Below are positions 48,678-56,155 of a stretch of 56,155 nt of DNA, in pieces. The notes beneath the pieces are model-generated. The model ran no database searches. It was given only the letters and a program-made list of their open reading frames with translations, and was not told the origin of the DNA. Made by a program: the position numbers and the translations under genes. Each line of letters begins with the position of its first letter. The first letter of the stretch is position 1. Source of the DNA: an uncultured virus (IMG/VR IMGVR_UViG_3300030413_000012) (taxonomy: Duplodnaviria; Heunggongvirae; Uroviricota; Caudoviricetes); the IMG/VR virus record IMGVR_UViG_3300030413_000012; one strand, given 5' to 3'.

Positions 48678-50894
48678 ATGATAAAAATGAAAAGTCAAGC
48701 AACTGTTACAACAACATTAATAGTGGTAATAAGTATTGTGTTAGCTTTGATGCTTTTCTTTTTTATTTATGATTTTTATCATCAAACATTTGTAAATCCA
48801 ACACCAGCATTAAATATTGCTAATTTTCAGATTTTTGGATTTAAACAAAATTCAGCAAGTGCAGGATATTGCTCTTTTTCATTTAGTTTTACAACAACAC
48901 AGCCAATAAATAATTTTAACAATGAAAAGCTGGGATTTGTTACATCACAGGGATTTACTATTTTTCCAAATTATAATAATCTTACAGAAACCTCTTCTAT
49001 TGTAACTAATGGTGAATATCTATATCAATTTATTGCAAATAATAATTTTATAAACTACAATACAACAATATGCAACTATATTTCAAATGGTATGACAAAA
49101 ACTGAATATATTACTGGAATAAAAAGAAGTATAAACAACAAAATAATTTATCAGCCCTTTACATCAAGTATGCTTTTTACTGTTGATACACCAAATACAA
49201 ATCCAGCACAACTATTTGATAAAAATATAATAAGTGTTGCTTCAACTTATAATTTTGGATATATTTTAGTGTCTTCATTAACTAACAGTTCATTTAAACC
49301 TATTTATGCACCATCTGGTGAATTTTTATATCTTCAAAATGGAAAATATCAAATAGAATATATTTCTGGTTCAGCACCAGTAATATTTTTACAATGGCAG
49401 GGTATTGGTGGTGTTTCAATAACTGATAATCTTGAGCAAATTACAAACATGACTGTTATAAATAATGGTGAAATAAAAATTGACAATTATGAAACAACAG
49501 CACCAACTTCCCATTTTGTTATTTCTGCAAATAGAACAGAAGCATTACTTAATCAGACAATAAATGTTTCTTCAAATATAGACATGCCTGGCTATTATAC
49601 TTTTTCAATAAACAATGTGCCAATCAATAATTGTGTAGATATAACAAATGATTACTGTAAAATAACAGAATCAGCACCTAATACTTACAATGTTTCAGTT
49701 ACCTTTAAAAACACCACTTCATATAAAATAGCTATACCAATTTCAATAAAATTTTTATTATACAAAAATTATGTTCCTATAACTTTTACTAACACACAAT
49801 CAGATGCAACCCCTTCACCATTTCAGCAAATGTTTATATTTAATCCTTCAAATTATAGCAATTTTATAAATAATAATTTAGGTAATGTAAGATTCTTTTA
49901 TGGCAGCACTCCAATTCATAGTTGGTGTGAATATGGATGTTCAAACACCTCAACATATTCAATAATTTGGTTGAACATACCACAAGGAATTAATAGTAAA
50001 AGTGCAATAACAATAAATATGTCTTTTTTAAATATGAAAACAAATTATGATGGCAATATTGCAGGTGAAGCACCAGTTTTACCAAATACATTTGGTCAGC
50101 ATGAGTCCTCATATGCTGCACATGATAATGGTGCTAAGGTATTTGAGTATTATGAAAACTTTGCAGGTTCACACTCATTTCCTTATGACAATTATTATGC
50201 AAACCATACACAGTATGCTCATATTGATAATGGTTTGTATATAAATGCCAGTGGGGGTGGAACAAATGGAAATTATATATATACCAGCACCACATTTCCA
50301 ACTGGAGTTTTTGGTTATTATTTCAACAGTGGTGATGCTGGTGGTGGAGTTAGAAACTATCAAGGAGTTTATTATAGTTCATCTGAATTTCCAACTACTC
50401 CAGCAATTGGAACAGCTTGGTATTATGCTGCTTTTGGTTATGATTATGTTGCAAATATACAAATGTTTATGGATAATGATAGTATAAATGGAAATATGAA
50501 TTCTGCAACACAATATGGAGTCTCAACTTCTTGGCTGGGGAATCAGTTCTATTCAACATTTTCAATAAATCCATCTGGTTATTTAACAAATGCCTTTTTC
50601 TTAGGACCATATTATAATTATCCACATCCAGCAAATGCTACAAATCCTGATGTTGGAATATTTAACATTAAACCAACACCATCAAACAATCCACCATATG
50701 GCTGGGCTACACCTGAAAACATTACAAGCTATTATGTTTATTTAAATAAAACATATGATGGAACACCAATAACAACAGGGCATTTAATTATATATCCACA
50801 CACAGGCAGCACTAGTGTATGGTATTATATATTTGAAGCAGCATATCCTCCAAATGGAGTTATGCCAAGTATAAAAATAGGAAATGTTCAATAA
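48678..50894 (+). CDS. Type IV pilin-like adhesin with a DUF2341-like domain
   Basis: KS|QATV class III-like leader; YVPITFTNTQS...PFQQM...NVRFF...SWCE...IWL...GEAP...DNGAKVF...YPPNGVMPS pattern. Confidence 0.8.
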   Translation: MIKMKSQATVTTTLIVVISIVLALMLFFFIYDFYHQTFVNPTPALNIANFQIFGFKQNSASAGYCSFSFSFTTTQPINNFNNEKLGFVTSQGFTIFPNYNNLTETSSIVTNGEYLYQFIANNNFINYNTTICNYISNGMTKTEYITGIKRSINNKIIYQPFTSSMLFTVDTPNTNPAQLFDKNIISVASTYNFGYILVSSLTNSSFKPIYAPSGEFLYLQNGKYQIEYISGSAPVIFLQWQGIGGVSITDNLEQITNMTVINNGEIKIDNYETTAPTSHFVISANRTEALLNQTINVSSNIDMPGYYTFSINNVPINNCVDITNDYCKITESAPNTYNVSVTFKNTTSYKIAIPISIKFLLYKNYVPITFTNTQSDATPSPFQQMFIFNPSNYSNFINNNLGNVRFFYGSTPIHSWCEYGCSNTSTYSIIWLNIPQGINSKSAITINMSFLNMKTNYDGNIAGEAPVLPNTFGQHESSYAAHDNGAKVFEYYENFAGSHSFPYDNYYANHTQYAHIDNGLYINASGGGTNGNYIYTSTTFPTGVFGYYFNSGDAGGGVRNYQGVYYSSSEFPTTPAIGTAWYYAAFGYDYVANIQMFMDNDSINGNMNSATQYGVSTSWLGNQFYSTFSINPSGYLTNAFFLGPYYNYPHPANATNPDVGIFNIKPTPSNNPPYGWATPENITSYYVYLNKTYDGTPITTGHLIIYPHTGSTSVWYYIFEAAYPPNGVMPSIKIGNVQ

Positions 50895-50899
50895 ATAAA

Positions 50900-51172
50900 T
50901 TATTCTAATTCTTCAAGTGAACTTTTTATTATATCAAAAAAGTTTTCTTTAACCATTTTCTGTATATTCCTTTCAACTGATTTTTCAAATTCTTTTTGAT
51001 TAAAACTTATTTTCATTCCATACAAATCAACTGCTGCTTTTATTGCAATTACTTTTATTTTATTGTCATCAAGCTTTAGTTTAATTTCCATAGTATCAAT
51101 GTTGTTTTTATAAAAAACCTTAAATTGTTTTTTTAAATGGTTATTGTAAAAAGATATTGTGAAAAACCTCAA
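50900..51172 (-). CDS. Small hypothetical protein
   Basis: Between two adhesins; probable start at MEIKLKLD (~51091). Confidence 0.45.
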   Translation of the reverse strand: MRFFTISFYNNHLKKQFKVFYKNNIDTMEIKLKLDDNKIKVIAIKAAVDLYGMKISFNQKEFEKSVERNIQKMVKENFFDIIKSSLEELE

Positions 51173-53699
51173 GGGTCAAGTTACTATACCTTATATATTA
51201 ATAGTGGTTATTGTTCTTGTTGTGGCTGTAGTATCTTTACTTTTATATTCTACACTGATTTCACACTCAGTAACATCAAAAACACTTTTACAAATAACAA
51301 ACTTTTCATCAAGCAATATTTATAATGGAAACCAAAGTTTTTATTTTAATATTTTAACAAATAAAAATGTTTTTATAAAAGGAAACAACTACACCTTAAA
51401 TGAAAAAATCAAATTTACCAATGGAACAAGTCTTGATGTTGCAAAAAACTTTACTTTAGTATTAGATGAAAATATTTCTCCCACAGTAAAATTTTATCAA
51501 TTTTTTACAACAAATGCAATTACTTCTAATTTTTCAGGAATTGCAACTGTATCTTTAGAATTCTTAAAAAATAATGTTTCTTCTTTTATTTATCCAACAT
51601 CACCTGTTTCTGATAGTGTCAGTGTTTATTCAAAAAATTCAACAGCAAATCTCCCATATTTTCTTTTAACAACAAATACAACACCACCAAACACAGGTCT
51701 TACAACACCAGCATCTGAATATTTTCATGAAGGAACAATAATAAACATTAATGCAACCCCTAAACCTGGTTATGGATTTATAAGCTGGTTTGGAAGTGGA
51801 AAAGGTAATTATACAGGAGAAGTTCAAAATATGTCATTTGTTTTAGAATCAAACACCAGTGAAATTGCCATGTTTGGTTTACTTGCTCCATTGTATATAA
51901 AATCAACCTATCCTGGTCTTTCTGTAAAACTTGGTGGACAAGTTTATACAACAAATGCATCAACTGTTTTAACAGAAGGCAATGAATATACATATCTATT
52001 TCCAACAACATATACTTCTTCAACTGGGGTTTTTTATAATTTAAAATATGTAAGCAACTGTGGAACAGATACTAATTCAACTGGAACAATTTTTATGTCA
52101 CCCTCTTATGCAAACTGTTCTTTGACTGGTTATTACAATGTATTAGTTCCAATCAACATAAATATAAATAATATTGGAAGTGAAATTTCAGGAACTTCTG
52201 TGCAAATAACTTTTGCAAATGGCAGCACAAGCAGTTGCTCTGCAAGTTGTAAATATATGGCACAGGTTGGACAACAAATAAAATTATATGCTATAAGTTC
52301 AAGTAATGGTTATTTTAATAACTATACTGGAACTGGAACAGGGAGTTATAGTGGAACAAATAAAACTATTACACTAACAGTTTCAAATCCAATAACAGAA
52401 ATTGCTAATTTTATTCCTGGAGAAACTGTTTTTATAGCATCTAGTTCACAAGTTTCAGGAAATATAAATAATAAAATACCAATAACAACAAATACAACAA
52501 TAACATTACCTGCTAATAGACCATTTAATTTTACAAGTAATGGTATTTTATTACCTGGTTTTATTTTAAAAAATTGGGGAACAAGATTAGATTATTCAAT
52601 TAATTCAAGCAAAACAAGCTGTTTAAATTCTGGAAACATATTTACAGCAACAAATAAAACAAATTCAACCAGAACAGAATGCTCTGTTTATTTTTCACCA
52701 CCAACTATACAGTATGCTATTATATTTAAAGAGACATTGAATGGAATAAATACAACTGGATTTCCATATGGAAATGTATTTTTTGACAATGGAACTGAAG
52801 CACAAACTGTAAACTGGATAAATGCAAATACAGTTGTTCAATTCTATGGAACAAATAATGAAGGAAATTATGGATTTAAAAATTTTACAACAATAAGTGG
52901 CACTATAAATGGAACAACTGTTAATACTGGTTTTTCTGGAATTGATTCAGTCCCCACAACACAACCAACCAATATTAATTGTCAATGCAGCAATTATAAT
53001 CAGTTCTTTGTTGATACCCAGGATTTTTCCTTTGCTTTGTATCAATATAATTACAGCACACCAACTGTAAATATAACTAGTCCAATAATTGAACAAGCAA
53101 ATTATGTTAAAACTAATAGTGTTATATCTGGAACACAATCTATAACAATTAATTATAACTATTATAATATATCAGTAGATTATTCATCTAGTAGCAGCAA
53201 TCTGTGGGATTATTATTTGTCTAGTTATACAACAAAAAGTGGGCAGTTAACTATAAATGAAACATTAACAACACCAATAAGTAATTACACAGCAGGAATT
53301 GGAACATATAATATTTATTATGAAGGGACCAGTGAAATATTTGCATCACTCACAACCAACCCTGACACTTTTATGTATAATTTAAATGTGGTTAACAGTA
53401 AATCCTTTTTTGCAATGTCACCTGAATTTAAAAATATATTTAATTCAATTAATAGTTATATGAATAATAAATTTCCATATATTATGACTAATGTTGGACC
53501 ATATGATTATAATATAAAATACATTAGTTTTAGTTATACATTTGACAATATGACAGTTTATGAAAATTATGGTAAACCAACTGGGTCTGGTCAGTATTGT
53601 GGAGATTTGTTTTATGGAAATACAGGAGGTTCCACTGAATGGGTGTTTTGTTCAACCAAATTTGCTTTTTCAAACACTTATGCTGGACAATATTTATAA
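51159..53699 (+). CDS. Type IV pilin-like adhesin with InlB-B-repeat-like units
   Basis: KG|QVTIP leader; related units GTIININATPKPGYGFISWFGSGKGNYTG...EIAMF and GQQIKLYAISSSNGYFNNYTGTGTGSYSG...EIANF. Confidence 0.8.
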   Translation: MKNLKGQVTIPYILIVVIVLVVAVVSLLLYSTLISHSVTSKTLLQITNFSSSNIYNGNQSFYFNILTNKNVFIKGNNYTLNEKIKFTNGTSLDVAKNFTLVLDENISPTVKFYQFFTTNAITSNFSGIATVSLEFLKNNVSSFIYPTSPVSDSVSVYSKNSTANLPYFLLTTNTTPPNTGLTTPASEYFHEGTIININATPKPGYGFISWFGSGKGNYTGEVQNMSFVLESNTSEIAMFGLLAPLYIKSTYPGLSVKLGGQVYTTNASTVLTEGNEYTYLFPTTYTSSTGVFYNLKYVSNCGTDTNSTGTIFMSPSYANCSLTGYYNVLVPINININNIGSEISGTSVQITFANGSTSSCSASCKYMAQVGQQIKLYAISSSNGYFNNYTGTGTGSYSGTNKTITLTVSNPITEIANFIPGETVFIASSSQVSGNINNKIPITTNTTITLPANRPFNFTSNGILLPGFILKNWGTRLDYSINSSKTSCLNSGNIFTATNKTNSTRTECSVYFSPPTIQYAIIFKETLNGINTTGFPYGNVFFDNGTEAQTVNWINANTVVQFYGTNNEGNYGFKNFTTISGTINGTTVNTGFSGIDSVPTTQPTNINCQCSNYNQFFVDTQDFSFALYQYNYSTPTVNITSPIIEQANYVKTNSVISGTQSITINYNYYNISVDYSSSSSNLWDYYLSSYTTKSGQLTINETLTTPISNYTAGIGTYNIYYEGTSEIFASLTTNPDTFMYNLNVVNSKSFFAMSPEFKNIFNSINSYMNNKFPYIMTNVGPYDYNIKYISFSYTFDNMTVYENYGKPTGSGQYCGDLFYGNTGGSTEWVFCSTKFAFSNTYAGQYL

Positions 53700-53892
53700 T
53701 ACTAGAAGGTCTATTATTTAAAATAAAAACAGTTTATAAAAAAATATTTATTGTTTTTATTTGTGTGGTGTTCTTGCCACAAATCCTTCTTAGTAATAAA
53801 ATAAAGATGCCAAAATCTCTTTCTATCTTTTCTTTGCTAATCTTTTTAGCTGTTATTTTTTAGCTGCTAATAAATATTCATTTAAAAGATTG

Positions 53893-54372
53893 TTAGCTGT
53901 TAATTATATTTCTAAATAATTCATTAACAAGCTTATTTACTTCATCTTCAAACTCAGTTAATTCTGGATTATTAAAATTAACTTTTATTGTTTCTTCTGG
54001 TGAATGTGGTCTTTCTGGCAAATTAGAAAAAGTATCTTTAAATTCAACTTCCATAAAAACTATTTCAGTTTTTGTTTCTGAAACTGATTCATTTATAATT
54101 GCAATAATTGAAAAATTTGTTTCACTTGGAATCAAAACAGGTCTTATTTTGTTTGGATAAAGTTTTTTAGTTGTTAAATTTATATGAAGTCCAACTTCCA
54201 GATTTGTAGTGAGTGGCAAATCAGGCTGAATAAATACTCTCTTTATAACAAAATCAAAAGGATAAACATGAGTATCTTCTATATTTTTATCATTTGGAAG
54301 TAAGAATTTGCCAATAATAACAGCCCCTTCTTTTGTATCCTTTTTAATTAAAAAATCAACAGGAATTATCAA
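53893..54372 (-). CDS. Hypothetical protein
   Basis: 159 aa; AGGTGTGAT motif before a TTG start. Confidence 0.65.
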   Translation of the reverse strand: MIIPVDFLIKKDTKEGAVIIGKFLLPNDKNIEDTHVYPFDFVIKRVFIQPDLPLTTNLEVGLHINLTTKKLYPNKIRPVLIPSETNFSIIAIINESVSETKTEIVFMEVEFKDTFSNLPERPHSPEETIKVNFNNPELTEFEDEVNKLVNELFRNIINS

Positions 54373-54628
54373 TTAATCACACCTTTTTTACTATTACTTT
54401 ATTATAAAATATTTATTATTATATGTCAATATATAATATTTGTTTATTATTTCATTTTTTTTTATAAACCTGACTGTTTTCATATGATATATGTTCAAAT
54501 ACCATTTAAATATTTTTATAATACAACTATTTTAAATATCTATTTAAAGATTATAAAATAATAGGTGATTACCTGAACAAAGAAAATGAAGAAATATTAA
54601 AAAACAGAATATATGATTTTTTAATCAG

Positions 54629-54760
54629 ATGGAGTTAACTAATCAAACAGTAACCTTTGAAGAATTAATCAACCACTTTAAAGAAGATTCAATAAATGAA
54701 GTGCTAAAAATAGTTAAAGAAATGATTAAGAATAAAGAACTAAATATAAAAAATAGATGA
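54629..54760 (+). CDS. Small helical (wHTH-like) protein translationally coupled to Fic; perhaps the 3' part of a frameshifted gene
   Basis: MELTNQTVTFEELINHFKEDSINEVLKIVKEMIKNKELNIKNR; ATGA overlap at 54757-54760. Confidence 0.4.
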   Translation: MELTNQTVTFEELINHFKEDSINEVLKIVKEMIKNKELNIKNR

Positions 54761-55440
54761 ATGATTTCATGGTTAGAAAAATGACATGGAAAGAGTTTGC
54801 TGTTTCTTTTACCTACAATACAAATAAGATTGAGGGAAGCAAATTAAGTTTTGATGATGTTAAAACTATAATTTATAAAAATATAATACCAATAAATGCA
54901 GATAGAAATGACATTGAGGAATGCTATGGTTTATATAATGCAATAAATGCTATTAAACTTTTAGCAACATCAACAAATATTATTTTATCACCAGCTTTTA
55001 TTAAAGAGATACATTATATGGTATTTTTAAAAACTAAACCATTTGCAGGAAAATTTAGAGAAAAGCCAGCTGAAAATGTTGTAATTGTAAATAATTATGG
55101 AAACATTTTAGCAACACCACCTTCATCTGAAAAAGTAGTATCAGAAATAACAGACCTTTGCAATACAACAAACATACTAAATGAAAATAAGGATGAGCCA
55201 TTTAAATTTCATATAGGGTTTGAAAATATTCATCCTTTTATGGATGGAAATGGAAGAGTTGGAAGACTACTTTTAAATTTTATGTTGTTACAAAGAAAAA
55301 TGAATCCCATAGACATAGAATTTGAAAACAGACTTATTTATTATAGCTGTCTTGAAATGCCCTCTGAGGATTATATTAAGGCACTTAAAAAACTTTATGA
55401 AAAAGAACAAGTAGAAATACTTATACCTAAACCACAATAA
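54757..55440 (+). CDS. Fic-family AMP transferase with an N-terminal autoinhibitory helix (class II)
   Basis: TNKIEG inhibitory motif; HPFMDGNGRVGR catalytic motif. Confidence 0.92.
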   Translation: MNDFMVRKMTWKEFAVSFTYNTNKIEGSKLSFDDVKTIIYKNIIPINADRNDIEECYGLYNAINAIKLLATSTNIILSPAFIKEIHYMVFLKTKPFAGKFREKPAENVVIVNNYGNILATPPSSEKVVSEITDLCNTTNILNENKDEPFKFHIGFENIHPFMDGNGRVGRLLLNFMLLQRKMNPIDIEFENRLIYYSCLEMPSEDYIKALKKLYEKEQVEILIPKPQ

Positions 55441-55608
55441 ATTAAATAAAATAAAAAATATAACATTCATAATTTTATAAAAGAACAGTTACAGTGGTTA
55501 TCATGCTACAAAAATACATGAAATACATTTAAATATATATTGAGCATATAAACTATGATAATATGAAAAAAAAATTTAGTTAGAATTTATTTTAAAAAAT
55601 ATGATTCA

Positions 55609-55818
55609 ATGTTTGATGAGTATGACACTGAAACATTTGGTCTTATTAAAACCAATATTGAAGAATCTGCTACTCTGAAAAAATTATATAATGAATATAT
55701 AGACACCATGAATATAAAAAGAAATAATATAATTGAATTTTGCAATTTTCTAAAAACTAAAAATTATAATGCAACACCTGTATTTTTAGAGTTTGAACTA
55801 TGTGTGGATGATGTTTAA
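55609..55818 (+). CDS. Small hypothetical protein
   Basis: 69-aa ORF with typical codon usage. Confidence 0.5.
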   Translation: MFDEYDTETFGLIKTNIEESATLKKLYNEYIDTMNIKRNNIIEFCNFLKTKNYNATPVFLEFELCVDDV

Positions 55819-55971
55819 TTTTAAAATAAGAATACTTGCAAGGGTTCTTGAAAAAGAGCAAGTTGAAGATGTTAGAAAACTTATAGAACTTTCTTTAAAA
55901 AAGTAGTTTTTATTTAATTTTGTAGATATTTATTTTTAAACTATAATTTTAATAAAAGCTGATGTGATATA

Positions 55972-56061
55972 ATGGCTAAAACACAAGAAGATACAGATGA
56001 AGATGACCTTGATGAGGACTTTGAAGATTTTGATGATGATGGTGAATCTGAAGGAGGCTGA
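55972..56061 (+). CDS. Highly acidic 29-aa micro-protein ending Gly-Gly (not in the ORF track)
   Basis: MAKTQEDTDEDDLDEDFEDFDDDGESEGG; GTGAT motif upstream and TTTTAAA box further upstream. Confidence 0.5.
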   Translation: MAKTQEDTDEDDLDEDFEDFDDDGESEGG

Positions 56062-56109
56062 AGCTGTCTGAAAAATAAATAATTTTAATTTTTTGTTTTA
56101 TTTTTTATT

Positions 56110-56155
56110 GGGTCTGTAACTCAGGTTGGTTAGAGTCCTGCACTTTTAGCAGGAG
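56110..56155 (+). tRNA. 5' half of a tRNA, probably tRNA-Lys(TTT), cut by the window end
   Basis: GGGTCTG-TA-ACTC-AGGTTGGTTA-GAGT-C-CTGCA-CT TTT A; D stem ACTC/GAGT pairs and the D loop has the conserved GG. Confidence 0.75.

Noticed and set aside
53893..54372. dUTPase/dCTP deaminase
   Set aside because: Only a vague beta-rich resemblance; the conserved catalytic motifs are not recognisable.
1..56155. Ordinary chromosomal segment of a DPANN archaeon
   Set aside because: No translation, transcription or core metabolic genes in 56 kb, virus-like small genes and extreme word avoidance. Disfavoured but not excluded without the full contig.
1..56155. Alternative genetic code (stop-codon reassignment)
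   Set aside because: Long genes are intact under the standard code, and the few interruptions involve frameshifts or different stop codons.

Overview
Very AT-rich (roughly a quarter G+C by eye) segment of archaeal type: TATA boxes about 30 nt before leaderless starts, GGTGA/GTGAT ribosome-binding motifs, archaeal FEN1, and class III pilin signal peptides with Gln at +1. The DUF2341-like and InlB-B-repeat-like surface modules suggest an acidophilic DPANN (Micrarchaeota/Parvarchaeota-like) or Thermoplasmatales context (inference). I recognised no ribosomal, RNA polymerase, capsid or terminase genes, so this is most likely part of a large conjugative extrachromosomal or integrated element. Layout: (1) 1-12 kb accessory region with an RNA ligase, a PAPS-reductase/CysD-family protein, tRNA-Leu(TAA), a Doc-like toxin, a ~1.9-kb non-coding control region (15-bp tandem array, hairpins, GC-richer structured segment), a Pol-beta nucleotidyltransferase and many small virus-like genes, some decayed. 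(2) 12-44 kb transfer region combining a Gram-positive/archaeal-style T4SS (VirD4/HerA-like ATPase, VirB2-like pilin, PrgI/VirB3-like protein, VirB4, giant VirB6-like protein) with an archaeal type IV pilus system (TadA/ArlI-like ATPase, two TadC-like proteins, class III pilin-like proteins) plus FEN1. (3) 44-56 kb with a PD-(D/E)XK nuclease, an NTP-transferase/Nudix/SDR cluster, a RecU-like resolvase, two large pilin-adhesins, Fic and a truncated tRNA-Lys. The most striking property: I found no CG dinucleotide, and no GATC, GTAC or GGCC, anywhere I read, even within the tRNAs. These absences come from reading by eye and need a computed count.
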